The notes beneath the pieces were generated by a model. That model saw nothing but the letters and a program-made list of their open reading frames with translations, did no database searches and was not told the DNA's origin. Shown here piece by piece: positions 37,285-45,404 of a DNA stretch of 64,000 nucleotides. Both the position numbers and the translations under genes were made by a program. Each line of letters opens with the position of its first letter. The stretch's first letter is position 1. Source of the stretch: Candidatus Heimdallarchaeota archaeon (GTDB taxonomy: Archaea > Asgardarchaeota > Heimdallarchaeia > JABLTI01); contig JABCTZ010000003.1 in assembly GCA_018238155.1 (NCBI GenBank), positions 64,001 to 128,000 on the forward strand, written 5' to 3'.

Positions 37285-38361
37285 TCAAGATGTTTCTTTA
37301 ATCCCATCTTTACCGTTTTTATACTTCTTTTCTTCAATGGTAATTTGTTTTTCGAGTTTATTCATTTGTTCAATTGCTAAATTTATATTATCAACTAAAA
37401 CTAATCCATTTGTAAGACACTCTTCAGCACACCATTTCCCTGCAATTATTAAGTAAGGTTTCATAAATTCGGTGATTTTCTTAATCTTTTGGATGTAATT
37501 GTTGATTTGTTTCTTAATTGCATTAAAGATTAATTCTCTACTTTTGTCCCAAATTAATAATGATACAAAAACAATACCTAGGATTATTTTCCATTCATTT
37601 GGTAATGCAGAAACAAAATCATAACCTTTCTTTAGAATATTGACAATTTTATCAATAAACGATATAATAAAAACTAATAATCCCCCAATTATTAATGCTC
37701 CCAATTCAAATGTTAAAATTCCTAATAAGGGGATACTTGTAGCAAGTATTACAAAAGAAGCTGATCCTTGTTGGTAAATACTAACTATTTCACAAGATTC
37801 CTTTGTACCTTTCCATGATTTTACACCATCAAGATCGAGCATATCCTTATCTGTTGTTATTATCGCATGTTTTCCTAATTTCAAGAAAAGAGCTACATAC
37901 TCTACATCTTCTTTATCTCTTTCAGCTATCATAGCTTCTGCTTTTTGATAAGCTACGTCATCATCTAAATTTTGATATGTGATCTTGGTTAAAAATTTGG
38001 AAGCTATAACTTCAATTTCTTTGGTATCTTTATTACAATATTCAGCGATACTTTCAATGTGTTTGTTAATCTCATTTTTTATTTTATCAGGTGCTACACC
38101 TAAAACAAATGGTGATTCAAGTAATTCCAATAGAAACGAATGATTATATTTTACATAGGCTCTAATATGCTTATTTAAAATGCTTGCATCGATAATGATT
38201 TGCAATGATATGTTTTGACCCATTTCCAAAATATTGTCTTCAAAAAAACCTTTGATTTGTTCCATAATACTTAGATCTATGTGTTTTACTATTTCCTTAA
38301 TTATCTCTTTTCTATTGTCAAATTTCTTTCTAATTCGTTCCCAATCCTTTTCGTTAAACAT
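37285..38361 (-). CDS. PIN-domain protein with C-terminal TM helices
   Basis: IIIDASIL, RDKEDVEYVAL and IITTDKDML acidic PIN motifs; hydrophobic C-terminal half. Confidence 0.8.
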   Translation of the reverse strand: MFNEKDWERIRKKFDNRKEIIKEIVKHIDLSIMEQIKGFFEDNILEMGQNISLQIIIDASILNKHIRAYVKYNHSFLLELLESPFVLGVAPDKIKNEINKHIESIAEYCNKDTKEIEVIASKFLTKITYQNLDDDVAYQKAEAMIAERDKEDVEYVALFLKLGKHAIITTDKDMLDLDGVKSWKGTKESCEIVSIYQQGSASFVILATSIPLLGILTFELGALIIGGLLVFIISFIDKIVNILKKGYDFVSALPNEWKIILGIVFVSLLIWDKSRELIFNAIKKQINNYIQKIKKITEFMKPYLIIAGKWCAEECLTNGLVLVDNINLAIEQMNKLEKQITIEEKKYKNGKDGIKETS

Positions 38362-38444
38362 TTTATCTCAAATCCTTTCCCAGTTTTTCTACACATTTCT
38401 AGCATAAAAAACCTTTCGAGATATTACATTCCATAAAATAAGTG

Positions 38445-38478
38445 TTGGTCACTGGTTCAAATCCTGTACAGCCCACCA
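38445..38478 (+). repeat. tRNA 3'-arm repeat, family 1 (33/34 to spliced tRNA)
   Basis: TTGGTCACTGGTTCAAATCCTGTACAGCCCACCA. Confidence 0.95.
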
Positions 38479-38497
38479 CTTCATATTTATGAAGAAA

Positions 38498-38746
38498 CTA
38501 AATATCTGAAATTATTTCTTTAATTTCTGCATGAGAGGGAATTCCCTCAAACTTTATTTCACCATCTACAACAATAGATGGTACTGCTTTAATGTTATAC
38601 TTCTTTGCTAATACAACAGCATCAGCTGATTGATTTAAATTATATTCAATGACCTGACATTTTTCACATATTGCTTCTTTTAGTTGTCTTAATGCTGTTT
38701 GGCAAAGAGAACAACCCGCTGTGAATATCTCAAATTTATGACCCAT
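38498..38746 (-). CDS. Small thioredoxin/glutaredoxin-fold protein
   Basis: CSLC, AKKYNIKAVPSIVVDG and FEGIP. Confidence 0.85.
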   Translation of the reverse strand: MGHKFEIFTAGCSLCQTALRQLKEAICEKCQVIEYNLNQSADAVVLAKKYNIKAVPSIVVDGEIKFEGIPSHAEIKEIISDI

Positions 38747-38847
38747 TAGTGAAAGTCTCCATTATGCTTGGTTACTAAAAGTAACTAAGTTTACATAAGT
38801 ATTTAAATTGGTGGTTTCCAAGTAGAAACAAAGTATTCAGATGGAAA

Positions 38848-39225
38848 GTGATTCCGATTAAAGAGGAAAAAATAATTTGTCCATTATGCAATATTATGAA
38901 TATTGTTAGTAAAAAATGGTCTTTACTTATAGTTAATACAATAGGCAATACTGCAACAATTAGGTTTAGTGAAATAAAGAGAAATCTGCGAACGATAAAT
39001 TCCAAAGTTTTATCTGATAGATTAAAAGAGCTCGTACAAGCAGAGATCATAAACAGGAAATCAAAAGACTCAGTACCACCACATGTTGAATACTCTTTAA
39101 CTGATAAAGGAAAATCATTACGCAAAGCAATAATGCCACTTCTTGATTGGTTTTATTCCTACAATGAGAAAGGAAGAATAACCCCATGCGATATAGCATA
39201 TCAGATTGAAAGGGTTGAGAAATGA
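38848..39225 (+). CDS. HxlR-family winged-helix regulator
   Basis: CP...KKWSLLI, RFSEI, KVLSDRLKEL and VPPHVEYSLT. Confidence 0.92.
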   Translation: MIPIKEEKIICPLCNIMNIVSKKWSLLIVNTIGNTATIRFSEIKRNLRTINSKVLSDRLKELVQAEIINRKSKDSVPPHVEYSLTDKGKSLRKAIMPLLDWFYSYNEKGRITPCDIAYQIERVEK

Positions 39226-39375
39226 AATCACTATCCCTACCCGACGAAAAAAGTATATCATATTTTGGCATGTTGATTTTTCCTAGTAATCATTGAGCAT
39301 TAAATTTCAAAACATTAATAGTATCTTTGTAGATAAAGTCGACTTCATAACTGATCGATTTAAGTAACAATTCTG

Positions 39376-39409
39376 TTGATCACTGCTTCAAATTCTGTAC
39401 GGTCCACCA
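39376..39409 (+). repeat. tRNA 3'-arm repeat, family 1 (30/34)
   Basis: TTGATCACTGCTTCAAATTCTGTACGGTCCACCA. Confidence 0.9.
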
Positions 39410-39421
39410 GTTTTTTCCTTT

Positions 39422-40048
39422 CTAGGTTTTTTGCACAATGTAATCTATTGTGATACTTTGGCATTGTTTCTCATTGTGAACGTAACCAAAGCTTGTTATT
39501 CCTTTGTGAAGTAGTTTTAATCCAGTAAAGAGTTCATCCGCTTCATCAATGTTATAAAAGGAATGAAAAGTATCTTCAAATCCATATTTACCTGCTTTTG
39601 AGATATCTAGCATTTCATTATCGCCAATATCTTTTCCCTCTTTTATGAAAGCTGAATCAGTTGATTGAAAATTAATGTACAGTAAACCACCTTTCTTTAG
39701 CACTCGAAGCATTTCTTTGACCGCTTTTTTAGTACCTGCTTTCGTAAGATGCTCAATCGTGTTATAAGAATATGCGAAACTAAATGACTCATCTTCATAT
39801 GACAATTCTCGTATATCTGCTTTAATTATTTTATAATCAAGGTTATTTTCTTCTGCATATTTTTGTGCTCTCTCTCTCTGAGTATCAGAAATTTCCACTC
39901 CGTGTGCTTCATACCCTCGTTCACCAAAGACTGTTATTTTAGGCTCGGATCCACCAGCACCACAATCCAAAATCCTTTTTTCAAAATCACTTTTTTCTGT
40001 GAATTCCAAAAATCTCTCTATTTCTTGTGGGATAGTAAAAGTAACCAT
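39422..40048 (-). CDS. Class I SAM-dependent methyltransferase
   Basis: ILDCGAGG, ADIREL, SF...YSYNTIEH and RVLKKGG. Confidence 0.9.
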   Translation of the reverse strand: MVTFTIPQEIERFLEFTEKSDFEKRILDCGAGGSEPKITVFGERGYEAHGVEISDTQRERAQKYAEENNLDYKIIKADIRELSYEDESFSFAYSYNTIEHLTKAGTKKAVKEMLRVLKKGGLLYINFQSTDSAFIKEGKDIGDNEMLDISKAGKYGFEDTFHSFYNIDEADELFTGLKLLHKGITSFGYVHNEKQCQSITIDYIVQKT

Positions 40049-40092
40049 AATCCATTATTTAGACTGGTAAATTATTAAATATTTTACAACTC

Positions 40093-40126
40093 TTGAAAAC
40101 TGGTTCAAATCCTGTACGACCCACCA
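40093..40126 (+). repeat. tRNA 3'-arm repeat, family 1 (30/34)
   Basis: TTGAAAACTGGTTCAAATCCTGTACGACCCACCA. Confidence 0.9.
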
Positions 40127-40283
40127 CTTCTTCTATTAATACCGACAAAGATAATCACGTTACAAAAAAAGCAACCGATTTTTTTATATAAAACCTTGAA
40201 ATAGGAAGTTTGTGAATAGTAGCAACTAATTTTTCTCTCTATAATACTGATTATTACAATTCAAACTTCAGAATGCTCTCTGA

Positions 40284-40508
40284 TTACTTAGCTAATTTGA
40301 AAAACTCTTCTTTTGATAATTTGGAATCGTTGATGATTTTTAACAGTAGGCCTTTTCCTAATGTTTCTCCTTTGTGATCTGGAACTACAATTAATCTGCC
40401 GTCTGGGTGTTTTAAAATTACATGACTTCCTTTTCTTCGAGTAACCACAAAACCGATTTTTGTTAAAGTTTTAATAACTTTTGTTGCTGTTAGAGGTTTC
40501 AGTTTCAT
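40284..40508 (-). CDS. hicA: HicA-family toxin
   Basis: L.KIGF...RRKGSHVILKH...VVPDH...LGKGLLLKII. Confidence 0.92.
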   Translation of the reverse strand: MKLKPLTATKVIKTLTKIGFVVTRRKGSHVILKHPDGRLIVVPDHKGETLGKGLLLKIINDSKLSKEEFFKLAK

Positions 40509-40741
40509 TCAATTGGAACCTCTATGAATTGAATGCCTACAAAATCCTTTTGTAAATTTCTTTTGAATTCAGAATCAACAGTTTCCAAATAAAGATCTAC
40601 TGCTTCTTCCATTCTTTGAATTAATTGATTTAGTGATTTTGCTTGTGTATAACAACCTGGCAGTTCTGGTGCAGAAGCAATAAAATAGCCATCTTGATCT
40701 TTTTCGATTAGAATGGTGATTTTCTTCATATCTGTTGTCAT
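40505..40741 (-). CDS. hicB: HicB-family antitoxin (short form)
   Basis: IEKDQDGYFIASAPELPGCYTQA...MEEAVDLYLE; overlaps the hicA start by 4 nt. Confidence 0.9.
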   Translation of the reverse strand: MTTDMKKITILIEKDQDGYFIASAPELPGCYTQAKSLNQLIQRMEEAVDLYLETVDSEFKRNLQKDFVGIQFIEVPIE

Positions 40742-40993
40742 TTCTTTTTTGCTCCTTGATACTATTACCCAAATATAATATATAAATAAGATTATTTCTT
40801 TAGCTAACATTTTTTATCTATTTATGCCTATCTTTACCTAAATGACTTTCAAATTTTTTATGTAGGGTATTTAGAAGAAGTTGGACACTCCTTTCAATCT
40901 TGTTAGCAAATAAAACTGACACTTTCTTTTTCAGATAATGCTGCAAGAGAACTCCCGTCACTTGAGCGCGTGAAGTTTAGTGTTGTTTTCCCT

Positions 40994-41023
40994 TTGGTCA
41001 CTGGTTCAAATCCTGTACACCCA
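40994..41023 (+). repeat. tRNA 3'-arm repeat, family 1 (first 25 nt identical, eroded end)
   Basis: TTGGTCACTGGTTCAAATCCTGTAC-ACCCA. Confidence 0.9.
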
Positions 41024-41254
41024 TGAAATTCTCTCTTGAAAGAGCTATTTTCGAATAATAATTGGTAAAGCTATATGAGCTATAGTTTTATAAAGGATGG
41101 ATAAAAGTCTTCTATTGTATACATTTAATGAAACATTGAGTTAGGAATGAATAAATTTTTGGTAATTAGTAACTTTCAAGTTTGAATTCTCAAATCTTAT
41201 CTTTTAATTTCTTTGCAATATTTAATGTATAACAAAATAACAAGTGAATCAAAA

Positions 41255-41407
41255 ATGATTAACGGCTATAACCGCGAACCAAGAGAAATGCACAAAGTTA
41301 CTTGTGCCGAATGTGGAATTGAGACTGAAGTACCCTTCAAACCTGATGGCGAACGACCTGTTTACTGTCGCGACTGCTACCAAAAGCGCAAACCAAGTAG
41401 ATATTAG
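41255..41407 (+). CDS. CxxC-x17-CxxC zinc-binding protein
   Basis: REMHKVTCAECG...VPFKPDGERPVYCRDCY. Confidence 0.9.
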   Translation: MINGYNREPREMHKVTCAECGIETEVPFKPDGERPVYCRDCYQKRKPSRY

Positions 41408-41501
41408 AATTAACTAATCTACGAATCATTCCTAGTTGAATTATAATTCATTTTATATTTCAAACTAGTTTTTTTTTATTATTAGCTTTAATTTAATACA
41501 A

Positions 41502-41533
41502 GGTTGACTGCTCAAATCGTACTGGGCAAGCCA
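41502..41533 (+). repeat. Degenerate tRNA 3'-arm repeat, family 2-like
   Basis: GGTTGACTGCTCAAATCGTACTGGGCAAGCCA; sits 24 nt from a minus-strand stop like the other copies. Confidence 0.55.
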
Positions 41534-41556
41534 GTTTACTTTTGATTCTCCAAAAG

Positions 41557-42150
41557 TCAAAAATCTGTCTTTAAAGAAAATCGTTTATCAATCCACTTCT
41601 TGATATCTTCTGCCGAATCAGATTCGGGATAATATCCTTTAGGATCACCATCTTTGTTTCTTGCTTCTTCGGCTTTATCAGAGACATCTTCAACTTTTAT
41701 CAAATTCCCTTCTTCAAAATCAAATTTTAGTACAGTTTGAAAAGAAGTAGGGCTTGGATATCCCATATGAACGTATTCCTCTAGAATAGGTTTATTACCT
41801 AATAACAATGATCCCGTGAATGGGAGTTTCAAGTATACATCTTTGTAATAATATCTGAAACCCAGACCACGTAATCCCCCTGGATTATATTCTTTTGTTA
41901 TCTTTAAAGGGGCAGTATTATTTATTATTGGAGGTTTTATTCCATCAGCTGTTCGTACCCAAAATCCTTCCATAAACAATTTATTATCCTTTATTTCATA
42001 TCTCATGATATACCCCCTCCAACAGCCTGTAGATGCAGACCTAGTTTTAATTTCAAACGTTTCCGCAGTATCTAATTCGGAGCCTGTGATTCCCACAATC
42101 ATTAATTGATTTCCTTCATAATAGAATAGATCTGAAGCTTGTTGTGTCAT
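41557..42150 (-). CDS. Conserved hypothetical protein
   Basis: MTQQASD...STGCWRGY...FTGSLLLG...YVHMG pattern of a bacterial/archaeal uncharacterised family. Confidence 0.75.
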   Translation of the reverse strand: MTQQASDLFYYEGNQLMIVGITGSELDTAETFEIKTRSASTGCWRGYIMRYEIKDNKLFMEGFWVRTADGIKPPIINNTAPLKITKEYNPGGLRGLGFRYYYKDVYLKLPFTGSLLLGNKPILEEYVHMGYPSPTSFQTVLKFDFEEGNLIKVEDVSDKAEEARNKDGDPKGYYPESDSAEDIKKWIDKRFSLKTDF

Positions 42151-42248
42151 GATTTAATACCAGTTCTTATTTATGTTTAATTCTCCTTAAATTTACCGAT
42201 TTTCGCAGATAAAACACGCACAGATTCACTAGATTCTTTCTTTATTTC

Positions 42249-43382
42249 TCAGAAAATAAATATCTCTGTCAGAACATCTGTCCATGTTCTTCCAAATTTA
42301 GTATTGAGGTGTGCTATTGCTGATATGGTATTTTCTGATCCTTTTATTAGCAAATTAGTTGGAACCCAAACACAAATACTAACTGTTTTTTGTCCTTCAA
42401 AATTGTATATAGCTGTCCAAATTCCTTCTCCAATGATATGACTTGTATTATCCTTTATCTGCAGGTCAAAGCTTCTGAATTCTTGGTGCCAGTGCCCTGG
42501 ATTGTTAATTGTTACATGTATAATAATTGAAGTGGTATTAATTTCTCCATGCAAAAAGAAACTGTTTGAATAACCTTCTTTATAATTTACATCAACGACT
42601 CCAAAACTGCTTCCCCAATTAGCGTTGGTTGTATCAATAATCGGGACTAGAATAATGATGAAGAGAATGAATCCTGGCATTACAAAATGCTTTTGTTTCC
42701 TTATCTTTTTGAAGGTGATTGCAAAGAAATTGCGAACCCTCTTTTCTTTATCCTCCACCTTCTCTGCTTCCTTTTCCTCTTTACGTTTGAGTAAACCAAA
42801 TGTTGTTACCATTAGAAAAATAATTACTGCACCAACAAGTAGTATGTAACGTCCCATCTCTCCTTGGAAGTAATAGAATATCCCTCCAATGAATGGTATT
42901 TTTCCAATAATTTTACCCACAACCCTGCTTTCATGGATGTTCAATTCATCTACTCGTCCAGTAGGAATCTCAATTACAAAAACATTATTAGAATTCGGGT
43001 TGTCTCCTTTTGTAGAAAACCAAAAATCTCCTGTTTTATTGTCTTGATAAACTCTCGTTACTCGGTGGACTATCGGAATATTCTCTTCTGTGTGGTTGAT
43101 ATAATTAAAAACTATTACATCACCTACTTTTATTTCTGAAGAATCAACTCCTCGTACTATCAACATATCTTTTCGAATGTCGCCAAATTTTCCTCCTTTG
43201 TCAAGTCTTCTTGAACCGTAGTACGTAGGCTCCATTGATTCGGAAGTTACTACTACGAGAGGAGAATTTGTGTTAAGTGCTAAACAAAGTACTTGATTGA
43301 AACTTAGAATGCCTCCCACACAAATTATTATTAATGCACTAATTGCAATAACATCTTTCCGCCAGCTCGTTTTCTTAGACAT
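42249..43382 (-). CDS. Signal peptidase I (archaeal/ER-type S26B) with C-terminal extension
   Basis: VVVTSESMEP, VGDVIVF, PIVHRV, TKGDN and VVGK...IPFIG. Confidence 0.9.
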   Translation of the reverse strand: MSKKTSWRKDVIAISALIIICVGGILSFNQVLCLALNTNSPLVVVTSESMEPTYYGSRRLDKGGKFGDIRKDMLIVRGVDSSEIKVGDVIVFNYINHTEENIPIVHRVTRVYQDNKTGDFWFSTKGDNPNSNNVFVIEIPTGRVDELNIHESRVVGKIIGKIPFIGGIFYYFQGEMGRYILLVGAVIIFLMVTTFGLLKRKEEKEAEKVEDKEKRVRNFFAITFKKIRKQKHFVMPGFILFIIILVPIIDTTNANWGSSFGVVDVNYKEGYSNSFFLHGEINTTSIIIHVTINNPGHWHQEFRSFDLQIKDNTSHIIGEGIWTAIYNFEGQKTVSICVWVPTNLLIKGSENTISAIAHLNTKFGRTWTDVLTEIFIF

Positions 43383-43467
43383 TTATCTTTCTCTTCCCTT
43401 ATTTTTCTACGTAGCTTTCTCTAATTTGGATAAAGTATTTTCCTTTATATTAAATATTAGAATCAAG

Positions 43468-43497
43468 TTGTGTGTTCAAATCGCGCTGGATTCACCA
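43468..43497 (+). repeat. tRNA 3'-arm repeat, family 2
   Basis: TTGTGTGTTCAAATCGCGCTGGATTCACCA; shares TTCAAATCGCGCTGG with 37240-37254. Confidence 0.75.
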
Positions 43498-43604
43498 CTC
43501 CTTCTCTCTAGATTTCACAAAACATAGTATAATTAAGTAAGAGGTTGATTTTTTGTTCCTTTGTAAACTGTTAGATTTTAATTACTTACTTTCTATTCTA
43601 AATT

Positions 43605-43802
43605 ATGAACAAAGTAACTCTTCAATCAACTATTACTTGTCCGGATTGTGGATTCAAGAAAGAGGAAACAATGTCAACAAATTATTGTCAGTTCAAATAT
43701 AGATGTACAAATTGTGGTTCTATCCTCTCCCCTAAATCTGATGATTGTTGTGTCTATTGTTCCTTTGGAACAGAGAAATGTCCTCCTTTACAAGGAAAAT
43801 AA
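43605..43802 (+). CDS. GDCCVxC-domain small Cys-rich protein
   Basis: ITCPDCG...ETM...CQ..Y.C..CG..L.PK..DCCVYCSFG...CPP.Q. Confidence 0.9.
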   Translation: MNKVTLQSTITCPDCGFKKEETMSTNYCQFKYRCTNCGSILSPKSDDCCVYCSFGTEKCPPLQGK

Positions 43803-43984
43803 TGATGATGGATTAGTATGTCTTCTTTGGTTGCGAGTCGTATTTCGACTACCGATTTTTTATTCTTTATTATGTTATATTTTCGGTTTGACCTTTCCTC
43901 GTAGGTGGTTTGGACATCTAATCTTAGTGCTGTTGAAAACAATAAAAAAAAAAGAATTTCCTGCCAATTATAATTAGCAAAAAA

Positions 43985-44213
43985 AATCAGCTTATTTTTT
44001 CTTTCCTATCCAAGATGTTAAAAATTGATGCCATAATTCCTGATACTACTGATAATGGTAGAATATCTGTTAATGACTCCCATAATAGGGTGGTTGTTGC
44101 TTGGCCTACTGCTAAATTTACCCCTTATATTACTCCAATTATTCCTAATATAAGGAATACTACAGTATAGTTGAAAATATTATGGATGCTTTCTTTTTGT
44201 TTTCTGGTTGCAT
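43985..44213 (-). pseudogene. Degraded small membrane-protein gene
   Basis: Hydrophobic reading frame interrupted by a stop and a frameshift. Confidence 0.3.
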
Positions 44214-44249
44214 TTTAAATTTTCCAGCGTATAATTACATCATTTATTA

Positions 44250-45038
44250 TTAAATTAACTGCACCAGTTGCCCGATTCCTGTTGCAGGTGGAACAAAATA
44301 GATGGTAAAATTATCAGGCACAATTGCTAAAGCAGATAAGTACTCGTAATAGCTTTCAGATAGCTCATATGATTTGAAATTACAAACAAGAATAATTTTC
44401 CTTTTATTGTAAGCGCACTGAATGGCTTTAACAAACTCAATAACCTGTGAACTAGTTTTGCATGCTGATCCTAGCATCAGACCTTGTAAATTTTCATTAG
44501 CTAAAATCTCTACTGCCCTTTCAGGAGAGGAAACTTCACCAAACATTAGAGAAACTTTGAATCCTTCTGATCCTAACCTTTCAGTTAGGAAATTACGCAT
44601 TTTGTTTGTTACCCTAGTGATGAGTTTAGGACTGGGAGGTAATTGCTTCTCTCTATCCTTAGAAGATACAACCCACTTTGGCTCATAAATGAATAACGCT
44701 TGTTTAATGAATTCATTAGGAATATCTTTGAACATTTCAGCACAACGATCTTTTAATAATTGAGCAATTTCATGTAGAGAATGTTCAGAAAATTCTTTGA
44801 ATGTTTCTCCCATCATTATTACATTGAAAGGTAGAGCTTCTGGATGAATTTTCTGAAGAGCAATGATTTCTTTGATTTTCTTATTTGCTGTTTGTAAATC
44901 ATCTTTTATTTCAGGATGACCTATAAGGATTCCAGAGGCATTTGCTTGATAGAGATGCTTACAAGTTATCTTTCCTGTTTGCGCTTCTTCAACAACATCG
45001 AAATTCTGTGCCACAACTTTGAAGATTGCCATAACCAT
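44250..45038 (-). CDS. Circularly permuted triosephosphate-isomerase homologue
   Basis: AQN...TG, IGHPE, YEPKW and GLMLGSA, then RKIILVCNFKSY...FVPP (normally N-terminal) at the C-terminus. Confidence 0.75.
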   Translation of the reverse strand: MVMAIFKVVAQNFDVVEEAQTGKITCKHLYQANASGILIGHPEIKDDLQTANKKIKEIIALQKIHPEALPFNVIMMGETFKEFSEHSLHEIAQLLKDRCAEMFKDIPNEFIKQALFIYEPKWVVSSKDREKQLPPSPKLITRVTNKMRNFLTERLGSEGFKVSLMFGEVSSPERAVEILANENLQGLMLGSACKTSSQVIEFVKAIQCAYNKRKIILVCNFKSYELSESYYEYLSALAIVPDNFTIYFVPPATGIGQLVQLI

Positions 45039-45404
45039 TTGAAACCGTTTACAATTGTTCAGTGAGTATAGAACTCAAACAAGTATTTTGAAAGTTTTCA
45101 TTTAAAATACTCATACGTAATATAATAAAAAAATAGACTATAAAAAGAAGTAAGATGAAGATACAATATAAATAGTAGAAAATAATATCCTATAATCAAG
45201 AAATCTAGTTGAGATATAATCACTTATGGTTATTTTTCATTCTAGTTTTTTTTCTATTTTTATTTATTAAATCATTTTTCAGCAGAAGCTATAAAACACA
45301 TTACACTTACCAAAAAAAACGTTTTGAGAAATATGTATTTCAAGCACACTCCTCAGGTAAATTGATATTTACCCTCTCATATTTGATTAATTACCCACAT
45401 TTCC

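Larger units (their letters stand above)
37153..43497. mobile_element. tRNA-anchored tandem array of small att-bounded cargo cassettes (no intact integrase in window)
   Basis: Seven direct repeats of a tRNA 3' arm separate accessory genes; integrase-like stubs at 37201-37230 and 40966-40995. Confidence 0.7.

Noticed and set aside
37024-37456. ORFs 37024-37263 (-), 37078-37380 (+) and 37088-37456 (+)
   Set aside because: They overlap the tRNA or run antisense to the PIN gene. Only the first ~20 codons of the minus ORF are kept, as an integrase-like stub.
38445-41023. Split-tRNA 3' halves for trans-splicing
   Set aside because: The copies start after the anticodon stem, lack complementary leader sequences, and carry stem-breaking mutations; an intact gene is present.
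42211-42231. Possible eighth att copy (AAAACACGCACAGATTCACTA)
   Set aside because: Position fits (18 nt from a minus-strand stop), but similarity is too low to list as a feature.
37234-43497. CRISPR array interpretation of the ~34-bp repeats
   Set aside because: Intervals are 0.5-1.9 kb and contain genes, the repeats are tRNA-derived, and no cas genes are present.
43810-43856. Possible further att/integrase stub
   Set aside because: No TTCAAAT or CCA; the minus frame EIRLATKED looks more like a GNAT N-terminal remnant.
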